From Ptychomitrium polyphyllum (taxonomy: Eukaryota), in NCBI GenBank assembly GCA_973851085.1, contig OZ316776.1:10850001-10914000 (forward strand): a stretch of DNA of 64,000 bases. The letters run 5' to 3'. A program made the translations under genes and the position numbers. Below, in pieces: positions 27,651-41,068 of the stretch. Below the pieces are notes generated by a model that saw only the letters and a program-made list of their open reading frames with translations, ran no database searches and had not been told where the DNA came from. How positions within the stretch are numbered: position 1 is the stretch's first letter; the number at the start of each line of letters is the position of its first letter.

Positions 27651-28599
27651 TCCTCCACCTAAAACCTATTTGGCCACAAGATGCAGTCGGATCTACCACA
27701 CCTCTCTCCTCCACACATCATTGCTCGCCGCAACAGCCATGACCAAACCACAGAGGTGTCAACCGGTTCTGTCACTCCAACCAACCCGCCTGCACTAGCA
27801 CCGGCCAGCAGCCGAAACGTCCAGCAAACACCCTGGTATCTTCAACTCAGCTTTCATCAATATCTACGCACTGACAATCATGGGGAAAAGACGCAACGCT
27901 CTCCCTCAGGGCCGTAAGCAAGATGATAAGAATTACACACGAAAGACAAGATGGCGTAGAATTACCGGCCAGAGCAAGCAGCAACAAGCAGGGACGGAGA
28001 TCCGCGACTATAGTGAGAGGCAAGCACGCGAGGAGTGTGAACTCCACAGCAAATAATACAACTACGAATAACCAAAGTGGCTTCCGAGCCACAACAGCCG
28101 TGGGCTCTGTTTCGAGGAAGTCCCATACAGTGCAGGCAAGTGGGGGGGGTTAATAATATGAGGCCGGCCAGATCAAAACTCGAACTCGGAATTAGCCCAG
28201 CATCAAACACACGGACCAGCATGTCTGCATGCAGACTTAAAATACGAGCTAAAAAGCCGGGATGCCCCTCGAGCAGTACCATCCCTGCTACAAAATCCCG
28301 CGGCTACAGAACAATACGGCCCAATCACATAATTGCTAGACGCTTCGGGACACAGATAATCGGATCGACATTGCGCTGGCCGGCAAGATTAGGTCGTGAT
28401 GTGCAACGTCACGAAAGAACGCCTGCTCATTAACACACGTGGGCGAAGCATAGACTCTTCAAGTCGCAATTGGACCGTCCAAATTACTGCACTCCTATGA
28501 GCACCTGTGATGGATAAAACTCCGCGCGCAGGGTCCTTGTTGCCATTTCAATGAACGCCTTTGACTAGGAACATCAGACACCATTATAATTGGACAATT

Positions 28600-31500
28600 G
28601 ATTTGTAGGTTACACACTTGGAACTGTAGGTTCCAATGCTGCAGCCAGGACATACCAGAGGTTCGTGGAGCCGCGAGAGGCTCGTTGCCATGGTGCCCAG
28701 CCGAAACAGGAAGGTAGAAAGGCACCCATCCTGATCATAATTTTGTACAAAAGCTAAGTATAACCAACGCAAAAGCTATTACCACAACCCTAAACAAGCA
28801 GGAGTCGCTACAACCAGATCCCACTTGTACAATTTGCGCAGTAATGTGAGCTTAATGTGCATCTCGTCCTTGATGCTGGCTTCAAATGATCAGATGGCCA
28901 AGCAGGCCAGGATCTGTAGGTGGCTTTGCTCGCAAAAACTTTCGGACTTTCACACGCCCATGTAATTCTAGCAATTGATCAAACTGCCTGTCAGTCTGCA
29001 AGTGCCAAATGAACTTGATTGAATGAGCTACAGATGGTTCTCCCTCCTCACATTTCAACTTACTGCTTAAGAACCAATTAGATAGCTGTTTCCCACAGGT
29101 TGCTGCGAGCAATTTTACCTAGAACTAGACAAACCAGATTAGAGCATATGCGTCTACCTTTATTTGGAATCCTGTACACAAAGTACTAGATGCTACATAA
29201 TCATGTATACTTGAAAAACAAAACGAGGCTTTGAAGCGTTTTAACAGCAAAGCGCTGCTTGTTTGAAGGGCATCTTTCAGTCTTCTACTCTCCAACAGTC
29301 CAGCTGGGACTAACCTGCTTGCGCACTCTCCTTTGTCATTTCTTGGCTGTAACATGTGTAAAACATTGGCTACTACGTGCTGCTGCAATTATGCTCACAT
29401 AATCGCACGCGTTCAGCTGCCATAAAAATACATGACTTTGTGAGAGCAAAATGTCTACAGATTATCCACACGATATCTTCCCACCACTTCGCAGTTTCCT
29501 AGTCGTCTTCGACCTACACACTATCTTAACCCTTGGTCGTTGGAAGATAGTGAAAACGGGAAAGGAAATATGTGCAAATTCACCTACTTAACAACATCAA
29601 AGGTCTCCAATGCACTAATGTATGCCTCTACTACTTCCTCGGTCATCTCATGAACCGCCATACTATAAACAGTTTAGCACACTTGGCAAGACCCAAGTCC
29701 GTCTCTAAAGCTGTCCCATGCTCTTCTGCACAGCATCAAACGACGAAAAATATCACGTATGCTTCACATTCCCAAGAATAAACCTAATCAATGCAAAAAG
29801 TACGAAGTTGTGTCTTTATCTAAACATCCACCGAACACCCATAGATGCTGTTCTCGCTTCCAACGAAAGAAATGCGAGTAGAACTCATTCCAGTGCGTGC
29901 AAGAATTATCGCGAACGTTGAGTCCATCGTTCCCTGCCGCATTAACCGCATGCGCAGCTACCTCCACAAGCTCGGGTTTTGACTTGGAGTTCGCCCCACC
30001 CGCATCTGATGAACCTTTCGACGTGGGGCAAGAGTGATTTATACAACCCAGCGGTTCCGAAACCGTGTCGCCTCCAGCCATTCCATCATTGCTTTCACCA
30101 GGCTCTGTTGATCCAGGTACGTTTCCTGCCACTGAGGGCATGACAGCATTGGCCTCCACTGTCTCCGATCCAGAAGTGTGTACTCCTGCTGAGGGCACGA
30201 CTACGTCAACCTCTGTTGTCTCAGTCGATACAAACACATCAAGCACCATTGAAGGCATAGCTACATCAACTGAGAAACATCTCCTGCTGCCGAGCTTAAG
30301 GCAACATCAACCTCCCTTGCCTCTATGAAATCAGAAGCATCTCTTGCTCCTAATAATAAGGCTACGTCGACCTCGTTTGTCTCAGTCGATTCCGATATAT
30401 CTCCCACTCTTGAGAGCACGCCCACACCAACTATCGGAGCCTCGGTCAGTTCAGAGACAGTTCCAGCCAGTATGAGCATCGCAAGTCTGATCTTCATTTG
30501 ACTAATCGCTTAGATCAGAAATTTCTTGACTTAGTGAAGCACAAGCACCTACAAGGTCTCTCACAGCTTTGGTTCCTCTGTGAACGCATACCCGAAGACC
30601 AGGACTTCCGTATTCTCACTGAAATCCAAAAGAAGATGATTCAGTCCGCTGGATCTTCGGTTTCATAAACTGGAATTCAGATTTGGCTTTGTTACAAGCT
30701 CAACCGTTTTGTTGCTCTCACTTCCCGACTCCCTCCTCTAGGGGCAGTGTTAATTCCACCTTCACTGAGGACCCCAAGAAGCTGAATCAACTGCCCATAA
30801 AAGTTTTCACTGGACAGCGGCACCCAATCCTGGTCGACCTCGGAATCATGCTCAGCCAGCCATTGTGTAGCACCAAGAGCCTCAAGCCCTGTCTGTGAGG
30901 CAGAAGTATTGTAAAAGAATTTCTGAGAGAGAACAAACCGTTGACCGATGGCTTCAACAATCACATAATCTTGATGACGGAGGTGATTTCATGCAGCAAA
31001 GACATATGGCTCTTCATACCGCCTAATTGCATCCACCACCTCTGAAGGAATTTCAGCACTTGCCGCATTTAGCAAGACCAACTTCACGAGCTCACCTTCG
31101 CACCAAAGACCAAAGACCTTCGCACCATCTCCTCAGATGTCATCTCTCCTAAGGATACTGGCTTCTCTGATTTCAGTTGAGCCATTAGACGTCTGCAAGT
31201 AGCAGGGCTGGCAGGAAGATTTGGTATTGAAGCCCACTCTAGACGATTGTTGCGAGCACTCTGTATAGCACGTTGCCTTGTATTGCAACGTATCAAAACT
31301 GTCTGAACTCTCTGACCGGGGAAGTTGTTTGCTCCGATTAGCCTTCAACTTGGAGATGGTTTTAAGGTAACCAAAAGGGTTTCCCTCAGTGCCCTTCTAT
31401 TCTTTTTCGTCCTCCTCACCCTCTCCTTCATTCGTTATTCTCTCCCTCTCTTTGAATTCAGCAGAGTATCCACAAGGCCCTTCGACTCACAGGCATCCTC

Positions 31501-32090
31501 AACAGCAGAAGCCTGGACTAATTAGCGCTGTCGTATATACGCCCCAACATGAGCCAGTTCCATGAGGTCCGCATCAGTGACAGCTCTCTCGGCGGACCCC
31601 GCATGTATGTTTGGTTTGATCAGGTGACTCCTACTGGATTCGTTGTCAGGTGCTCCATTGCTTGAGCTCACGTTCTCCCTTCCAAGTTGTAAAAGACGAT
31701 ATCTTCAACTTTTCTCGCATGACAACCTCAAAACCTCTTCGGCGGAAAGGTTCATTTCCCTAGCCAGCAATTAAACATTCCGCATGGGACAACCTTTTGT
31801 CCTGCCCTCCTTCCTCCACGCACTCCATCAACCCCTTCCGTTGCTCAGAGGTTTTCACTGGCAGTGATGTTCATTCTCGAAGGCCAAACATCTCCCGGAC
31901 GCTAGTGCCTGGAAATGCTTTTCTTGCAACTGCAGGAACTGCTCCTGAAGTGAAATACTCCAGGGTCTGCCAGTAGGCCTCCAAACTTTCGGTTGAAATC
32001 ATGGGGAACACACGCCTGGCTTTTGGAGTCCAGTCATCGGCATCTCAACTGAGAGACGACACAGTCACAGAGATTCAGGCCCAGGTTCTT
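28600..32090 (-). pseudogene. Pseudogene of the C-terminal half of the TFIIIC B-block-binding subunit (GTF3C1/Tfc3 family)
   Basis: Frameshifted and stop-interrupted segments match, in order, recalled plant TFIIIC motifs: IAREMNLSAEEVLR, RQRAIQSARNNRLEWASIPNLPASPATCRR, DAIRRYEEPYVFAA*NHLR...QRFVLSQKFFYN...GQLIQLLGVLSEG, EYGSPGLRVCVHR. Confidence 0.7.
29940..30470 (-). repeat. Diverged ~60-bp (20-aa) tandem repeat array inside the TFIIIC relic
   Basis: Units such as ISESTETNEVDVALLLGARD / ASDFIEAREVDVALSSAAGD / VFVSTETTEVDVVVPSAGVH / TSGSETVEANAVMPSVAGNV. Confidence 0.7.
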
Positions 32091-34568
32091 CTATATGAGG
32101 CTGAATTTCCATGGTATTTGTGGTTGCTTTGTATTTTAATTCATTTTGTTTTGAAGTTGTTTATATTACTACTTGATTTTACATAATTGATATTTCATAA
32201 CATATTGACATTAATGTAATGATATGAATGGTGCAATCCATTCTTTAAATTTTATTTAAAATTTTATGATTTATTCAATTTTATGCATTGTTTCTATAAA
32301 TACCTTAAATACCTTTATTAAACTTATTCTCTATAAAGAATGAATACATTATATTTTATGTATTTTTAATAAATCAAAATTTAAATCCTTTGTATTTGAT
32401 TTAAGTCAATTTTTATATATGCTTCATTTGCATGGTATCTACAATGGTATATTTTTTTTTTTAATAATTGAAAGTGTTTTAAGTTATGTAATTTAGTATA
32501 TTTGACATATAGTTTATTGACTTATTTAATTACAAGCGTTTTTATTTATACAAACTTGAATCTAAAAAATTGTCAAAATAATACATACTAAATTCGGAAT
32601 TTCAAATTATAATCATTTTTCATTTTTGAAAGATTGATTTAATAATTTCAAATGGATACATTGTCTTAAGTTTGAAAAAAAGCAATATGTTTAATTATTA
32701 ATGAAATATAAACAAAATGCTTAATAACAATTATTATTTTAATCAATAAATCAAATTAATAAACTTAATATATTAATGGAATTTTTTTATATAATTACAA
32801 CTATATTTTACATATTGTTATACTTTAGCCTATTCTTGCTTGGAATGCATGCTTCACAAAAACTCAACCATATACAAGTTTTTGAAAAATAGATCTACAG
32901 TCCCAAAATGACCATTGTATATGAAATACTTCCTTTTAATTACATTCTAATCTAACATTTACATGCCATGAGATAAAATTGTAAAAATATCACTTTTAAA
33001 AAAAATTCATAGACCTTTAATTATTATATCAAAAATAAATTCTTGTTTTAAAAAAAAATTATATTCATTTTTTTAAAAAATTATTTTCAATAAAATTCAA
33101 TTCAAAAATATGTTAAAATTTAAAAATCATTATATTGAATTCATTTTATCAATGACACTTCAATATAATATGAAAAGATTTGCAATAATTTTATAATTAA
33201 AAGTCCATTTAAATAATGCATTGAAATATTGTCTTTTTGATATCAACTTATCCAATAATTTTTAAACATTTTAATTAGTAAAAAAATATTCTTTTATCTT
33301 TTATCAAAATTTTATTCTTCTTTACCTTCTTTTTTGATTCTTTTATTCATTTACAACCTTTTTGTTTTTCATTTATTTTGGTTTTTTTGCTTCTTTCCTT
33401 CCTTCTTTTTTTTATTAACTTCTTTCTTTCTTCCTTATTTTTTACCTATGCTTTTTTACTTTCTTTCTTCTTCTTCTTCTATTTATTCCTTTTTATTTAT
33501 TCTTTTTTCTTTATCAACTATTTTTCTAGTCCATTTGATTTGTACACTTTTTTAAGTCAACATAAATAAATACACTTAGATTTTGTTATTATCATTGGCT
33601 TGGAACCCAAAGCATCCATTTTCACATGTTCACATAGAATTTTTTATACTAAAGGACCAATTTTGAACTAAGTCAAAATATTTGTATTCTTTCTTTAACA
33701 TCACAATTATGTGGATATTCTTAGAATCTAGAAATTGATAATATTACATAAGGTAACATAAAGAAAATTTAATTGTACATTTATTACATTATAGAATGAA
33801 ATCCTACAAAATGATTTCTTTTTTAAATTTCCTAAAACCGACATATTGATATATATTCAATCAAAACGTGTATGCTACAATGTACTCTATCACATGTATT
33901 CTTTTAAGTTTCCATATTTCAGATTTTGCTTTTGACATACCTATTATTTTTAATTATTATAATTATTACTTCTATTTTGATTTTACACTATAAACATGCC
34001 ATGTGCACAAGAGTCTAGGGTTACATACCAATTCTGATCGTGGAGGAGGACACTTCTGGTCAAATACGAGTTACTACTACGAGAGGAGGACGACAGTTAC
34101 AAACAGAACTGTCGCCTCTGTGCGAGGAATTCGGATGCCACAAAGTTCGAAGCGTTCTAGGGTTTGTTCAATCACAATCTCAATGTCTCCGTCAATCTCT
34201 CATCTTCCACCTTCGGCAGTTGGCAATCGCTGCATCCTCTACCATCGCCGCCGCCGATCACACACTGCCCTTGCTTCCTCTGGATCACATCTTCGTCAGC
34301 TTTAATTAGAGCCTTTGAGGTCCAAGAACGAGCTAGAAACGTGGGTCTTCACAATTGTTTGACATTTTTGGGGGAAGTTTCCTGTCTTTGGAGTGGCGTC
34401 GGATTAGTGTCAATTGAAAAGCTCATGGTAATAGGGGTTATGTTGCATATCTGAGGAACTTCATGGTCGTTGAATGAAGCGATTGAAGAAGTATGGTGGA
34501 AGTTTAGTGGAGAAAGTCACTTTTTTTAGGGTTTAGTTTTGCTTCGGTTTTGCCTTGTGGTTTGATCG

Positions 34569-36374
34569 ATGTTGGGAGGTTTATATGGGGATCTGCCCCC
34601 TCCATCGGCCGCAGGGGAGGATGAGAGCGCGGGGAAGAATGCAGGGGCGCCGTTGAGCGGACCCTTGGGGGCGTCGGTGTGGAGTAACAGCAAGCTTGCG
34701 CCTTCGAATGTAAGGAAACCGAGTTTTTTTGCGCCTCCGACGTCGGTGTTGCGGAATCAAGGACTTGTGACGAAGACGAAGACGCCCTCAGCTGCAACGC
34801 AAGTGTTGTTGGCGACTTCGCGATGGACGGGGGACGGGGTGGGGAGTGGTAATGTGGCCGCTACGCCGGATAGGCAGGTTTCACCACCCGTGATACATCA
34901 GCCGGCTCTGGTGGCGGTGAGTAGCAGAGTGCTGGAGGAGTACGATCCAGCAAGGCCGAATGATTTTGACGAGTTCTGCAGAGAGCGGAGACGGCGGAAG
35001 ATGGAGGAGGAGATGCGGATGGAGGTGGAGAGGCGGCGGCAGGAGGAGGAAGAGCGCGAGCGGGAGCGTGAGGAGGCGATGAGACAGAGGGAGTTGGAGC
35101 GGGAGAGAGAGATTGAGAAAGAGAAGGAGCAGGGGCCTGAACAGCGAGCGGCTTTGCGTATTAGTGGAGAGGAAGCTTGGAAACGACGGGCGATGCTGTC
35201 TGCAGCTAGAGGGGCAGCGGAAAGTCCCAGTCCTGCTCGTGCACGGTCACCATCGCCACCGAAAAGTAGCGAAGGGTTTAGTGCAAGCAAGCAGAGTCCC
35301 ATGACTGCTGCTCAAAGGATGATGGCTAGAATGGGTTGGAAGGAAGGGCAGGGTCTTGGGAAACAAGAGCAGGGAATCACTGTGCCGCTAATGGCTCGGA
35401 AGACGGATAAACGGGCTGGTGTAATCGTGAATGCAGCTCAGACGCCGGCTGCTCCTGTTGTGGAGAAGAAGCCGGCTGTGAAGGGAGTCTCCATATCCGG
35501 ACCTCCTACTCGAGTTGTTCTGCTCCGAAACATGGTATGTGTTTTTTGACCTTTCGAGTTGTTTTCGGTTGCTAATGGTCAGAGGGTTGGGTGGCACTGG
35601 GTTTAAGCTGGGGAGTTTATTGTGACAATCGGCAGTTAGACGACATTCGGATAACCCCAAATACCTGAATCCAATGGTAGGCCGAACTTGCAACACCGGT
35701 GAATAGAATGCATCAAATGCACTTAGCCATCGACCATGTAGTATTATGTGTGCTTATAACGTACAATGGGTACGAACTCAGAGATATCGCTTCAGGTTGT
35801 GCTAAATTTAGTTTCAGTTAGTGTGCATTTTCTGTTGTGTACACTCTCGAATGCTAATAACATGTTTAGTTAACAATGATCTGTCTACCCTAGAAAATAT
35901 TGGTAGTTTTATTAATATTGGATATACTTCAACCTTCACTGTATAATTGAAAAATTGGTAGGTGGTCGTTTCCAAGCTTGTGCTAGCATGCTTTCAGCGT
36001 CTTGCATACATCACATCGTGTCTTTTATGCATGATGTATCATTAAATCCATGGTCTTGGTATTGGCAGGTTGGACCTGGGGAAGTCGATTCTGAGCTGGA
36101 GGATGAAATTTCGTCTGAGTGCTCGAAGTATGGTAATGTGACACGGGTTCTCATTTTTGAAATTACGGAGCCCAATTTTCCCGCTACAGAGGCAGTTCGA
36201 ATCTTTGTGCAATTTGAGCGGTCAGAGCAAACTACCAAAGCCCTTGTAGATCTGGATGGTCGTTTCTTTGGGGGCCGTGTAGTGCGAGCTAGCTTTTATG
36301 ACGAGGACAGGTTCAATAGGAATGATTTGGCACCGTCTGCTGGGGAGGTTCCTGCTGCATTACCTGAGTCCTGA
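34569..36374 (+). CDS. DRT111: Splicing factor SPF45/DRT111 (G-patch + UHM/RRM), 2 exons
   Basis: Exons 34569-35534 and 36069-36374. Motifs MLGGLYGDLPPP, EEYDPARPND, G-patch AQRMMARMGWKEGQGLGKQEQGI, and UHM TRVVLLRNM|VGPGEVD...RIFVQF...DLDGRFFGGR. Confidence 0.95.
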
Positions 36375-38808
36375 AACAGCTCTGGACTTTCTCACAATCT
36401 TGCGTGTAGCATATGCCACCTTGAGTCTGTTGGGGTCCGCACTTCTCCTTCTACCCAATCTTTTGATCCCTTCAGTATTTTTTAAGATGTATCCATCTCT
36501 GTATAGTTACAGTACATCCGTGGAACATAAATTTTCTGCAACAAGAGGTTAGTAGGATACAATGCTGGTTTTGATGGCTTCTGGAGATCAAATTATAGAA
36601 AAGATATTACCGTGCATGTAGTCGTCTGTGCATGAATGTTTGATGACCTCCCAAAGATTTGACGTATGGTGACTAGGAGATTTATGGCACTTGACGAACT
36701 TAGAGACGTGGTTCCGCATGTGTATCACCATTACAAAAATGTCCCTGCAAATTGCCTCTCAGATTGGGCGATTCTTGCTCTTTGTTATGGAGCTCGTGAA
36801 CCCTGACATGCTGTTATTTCTTCAACTTGTTTTCATTTCTTGTTGAACTGTTTTCATCTATGTGTTTTGGTTTCAGGCATGTCCTCTGCTCCAAAGCCTA
36901 CATTGTCTTCTATTGAGTATGTAGAATTTTTATCTTTTTAAATTAGGCTTGTGGATAAGCACAGATGAGAAACGGTTTTTCAGAAAATAGCTATAAAATT
37001 TAGATTCTATTTGAAAGTGCTGAGAGGACTTTTTGAACGTCATAGTGACAATTCTAAGGTGGCTACCCATTTTTAAAGTGCTGCTTGGGGTTGAAAATTT
37101 TGAAAAATAAAAACTACAATCTCATTGGAAATCAAGTCTACTTTCCAACCCAATTCAAATAATGCCACTTTGAGTTAAACTCTATTCAAGGAAACTTTGA
37201 AGTAGAACACATGATATGTTTTGAAATCTATTATTAAGATTTCATATATAATATAATAATCTTAAGGTATTCCTTCAGGTTGTCATTTTTAAGTTTTTAT
37301 ATATGGTATAGTCTAATAATAGCTAATATTATAAAATCTATTTGATTAATAAAAGATGGTGTTATTAAGGTGGATATTTAAAAGCCAAATGTTTATAATT
37401 TCATTGTTTGGAGATTTAAACCATTTTCTAAGAGTTTAAAATAATTAATATATATTATTCTTATTATTTTTTCTTGAACCAAATTTCATCAAAAATGTAG
37501 AAGTTACATTCTATAACTAATCTTAGTTTTTATCCATATCTTTGAGCAATTTAAGAATTAAAAATGTTACAAAAATTGAATGGATTAAATGGAATCAATT
37601 GAAAAGAAAATCTTGATCTCCCAAACAAAGATGAACAATCAAAAACCTAAATATATATAAATTCTTGAAAAGATCACTTCTTATACTTTTGTACAATTTT
37701 CTTGTAATGAATAAAAATATACTATTAAAACAACAAAGAATTTTGCAAATTAAGATATAAAATAATCCAAAATAGAGGATAGAAACAACATCTACAAATC
37801 TTTGTAAAACGCTACAATATACCTTGTTCATGTTAAGTATAGCATTTTAATGCACCCTATGCACATGCACTATTTCATTTCAGACGCTTCACGGTACACG
37901 ATACATTGCTTATTAGGTACCCTACGCTGTACCATCTCACGAATCAAGGGCTCCAAAAGAAAGAAACGATCACGTCTTGCCGCAGACAGAAAAAATTTCA
38001 CCCGCAGAAAGTTGCCCCTCAGACCTTCCACCTCTGCTCCCAACCACCTCTATCAACACCGCAAGGGTAACTCCAGCCGGGTAGGAGAGATGAGGAGAGT
38101 TACTAGTTTCTAGACCCTTTCACCGTACGTAATAAATATTTATACTTCTTCCCTAGTAACCAGGTACCACCTTCGATCAAACAGGGTATGATAAGCTATC
38201 GCAGGGTATCACTCGAGCGTACTCGAACATCACATGTATCATTAATCAGGGTATAGCATTGTTTCGAGGATTCTACGTTGATTCTTGGAACAATGTCCGG
38301 TTTGAGACGTCTTCCACAGCGTGAAGAATCTTGCGTAGGTTAGAGAGAGCAGTACCACTTCCAACCCGAAGATTGGTCAAGTCGGTACAGATAAGATCCT
38401 CCACAACCATCTCAGCTACAAGTAATTAAGATACTCGCCATCGTCACTTGGTCCCATTCTCGTTCTCGGGACATGTTGAATGCAGTCCGTTACATTTTCT
38501 CATCTCAGCATTGAACAGCGAGCGCCCAGTGTAGTGGAGCTGAGTAGGGAGTGGGAGCTTGACGCACCACTTGCTTGACCGGGGGAGGCAGAGCCGAGAC
38601 ATCTCAACGAAGGAGTTGCCTTTGCGTCGACTTTCTCAGCGGCCAGAGGGAGCCGGGTGCTGTGCGAGGTAAGTTGAGTCGGGGTGAGAGCGGGGCCAGT
38701 GTTTTTGGCGGTGCTTGTGCCGGGGTTTGGAGGTTTTGCCTCATGGTTTGTGGAGGTTGTGTGTGTCTGAGTGATCCCCTTGTGCCGGGGTTTGGATTGT
38801 AGAGAGGG

Positions 38809-41068
38809 ATGATGGCAGCTGCGACGACCAGCTGCCGGGTTGTAATGGGGAGCGCCGGCCTCCAGGAGGGTTTGACCTCGGCGGTGCTGCCGCTTCGCAG
38901 TGGAGGTGTGAAGATGAGGAGGCCTGTTAGCTACTGCAATGGGAGGGTTGTTGGCACCAAGTTTGGAGGTTGCCTGAGGTTTGCGGGGGGTAGGAGCGAA
39001 TCCATGGCCGTGTTTGAGGTATGAGTTGGGTTTTTCTTGATTGGTGTAGCTTGTGGCGGAGTCTGGAGCTTCTGTGAACCGTGTTTTGGTTTAATTTTGG
39101 AAGAAAGGAACAGTTCGTGGGCTTCTGCGTTAGTGATTATAGATAGTGGATTGAGGTTCGGATCACAACTCGAACGAGCTTCTGCCTGCTTGAGATTTCC
39201 AGTGTTTGCCCTTCTTTATGCAATCCCAAGTGAGTAGGACTTCGTGATTGGTGACATGAATTGTAGGAGCAAGCTCGCGGATGAGCGTGAGGCGTTTCTG
39301 TGAAGTTGTGAACCTATTATGAGTCTGAGGTGAATCTTGGAGAGTAAGTTGATTCTTGACAGAGATTGTTGCATTGAAGTCGCTCATTGGCGCTTGCAAT
39401 TCCTGATGCGGTGTTTGGGATATGTGTATGGTCGTGGAGGGAGCAGCTTCGTAAGATAAAGTCTTCATCAATTTCGGGTGACAGCACGCGCCCTTTATAC
39501 TGGAGACAACATGCGGGTCTGAAGGATGTCTTCTTTAAGGGTTTTTGTTCAACCGAGGATGGTGTGTTGTCATTTCCCCCATGAGTAACCATACCTAAGG
39601 TTATCAAGCGGTTATACATGAGCTCTACTGATTAATTACGACCTTAGGAAGAACATTAAAACTCAAGATGGTGTTTACAGCGGACGCTTGGATGCTTACC
39701 AAGATTCTTGCATTGAAATTCAGTAGGTTTTCACCATTGATTGGACTGCTCTAGTCACACTTTCAAGAATTTACCGGAACTTTGTAGCTCATTCTCTGCA
39801 ACTTATGACGTCTAGCGATACGTGCTAGAGTGGCATGTCTACTCGGATTTTTCTTGATACTTATACTTGAGGTTTTGGACATGGCTTTTCAAGCAGCAGG
39901 TGAAAACACAGTTTCGAATAGTGCACTGGCAGGTTTTCTTGTCCTTCCTGCTCTGGTGGGATTCTCAGGGGCAGCAAATGCATCCGTCCTCGAACCAAAC
40001 ATGGCATATGGCGAGATTGGTGCAGGTTTGGAGTTCGGAGTGCAGTTGATCTACTTGGGAGCATTGTTGGCTCTGCTAGGAGTTGGCAGTTTCTTGGTGG
40101 TTCGTCAAGTTCTCATCCGCCGTGACTTGGAGTCCGCGGCAAAGGACTTACAGGTAAAAATATTCTCTCTCATATTAAAGTAGTATTGAACACCAAGACC
40201 GCAATTAATGCCTTGCTCAGTAGTATCCTATTTTGTTAGATATGTCGAATGAATTCATTTCGATTTGTGATTGACAGAGACCTGCCTAATTATGTAGTAT
40301 ACCTTTATTTATAATGCTGTAGCGTCTTATCCACCCAATTTTTCTTCCATTCGTGAGACTATAAGTGATATGAGTGTCTCATTATGGTTTCATGTTATTT
40401 ATAGGATCGAGTTCGTAGTGGGGAGGCTTCTTCAGAGGAATTCTTTGAGCTAGGAGCGGTGATGCTGCGAAAGAAGTATTATGTCCTTGCAAATAAATAT
40501 CTGGAACAGGCCATCAAGAAATGGGATGGTGATGAAGCTGACTTAGCACAGGTGTGTCATCTCTACTTGTGCCTCATTTGAACATATGCCTTATCATTCC
40601 TTTTGCTTCATAGTTTTTGAATCGATTTGACGTCTGCGTTATCAAAGTAATTCTGATGAAAGATCTTTGTTGTATCTCATCTTTGCATGTGGTCTTTTTA
40701 TGGATATTGAGAGCTACTTAGAGCGTTTTATGTGGCATGGTATCATGTGATTGGGAGCCTTTACATCAAGTCTTATCCGGTTTCGGACCATGCAGGTATA
40801 CAACGCCTTGGGCTTCAGCTATTTCAGCGACAACAAACTGGATGCGGCCATCAATCAGTACGAGAAAGCACTGAAGCTACAACCAGGTTACGTGACTGCG
40901 TGGAACAACCTGGGGAATGTGTATGAACTGAAAAAGGATTTCAAGAAAGCTTTAAAAGCATATGAAGAGGCCTTGCAATTCGACCCGAGCAACAAGATCG
41001 CCCAACGACAACGCGATTCCACGAAGGAACGGGTTGATCGCTTCCAAGGAATCCCCACCCAAGACTAA
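38809..41068 (+). CDS. PYG7: Chloroplast TPR protein PYG7/Ycf37-like (photosystem I assembly)
   Basis: Transit-peptide exon from 38809, then exons ~39894-40153, 40404-40551 and 40796-41068. Motifs [42 protein letters not shown]...[17 protein letters not shown]...[13 protein letters not shown]. Confidence 0.92.

Noticed and set aside
28113..28330. GAGGAAGTCCC resembling the RNase P/MRP CR-I motif
   Set aside because: No matching CR-V partner able to form the P4 helix was found.
33334..33569. Phe/Leu-rich ORFs that look like membrane proteins
   Set aside because: Artefacts of a T-rich low-complexity tract.
34898..35302. Antisense ORFs overlapping genes (here opposite SPF45; similar cases at 320-589 and 11675-11971)
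   Set aside because: Shadow ORFs of real coding exons with no recognisable motifs.
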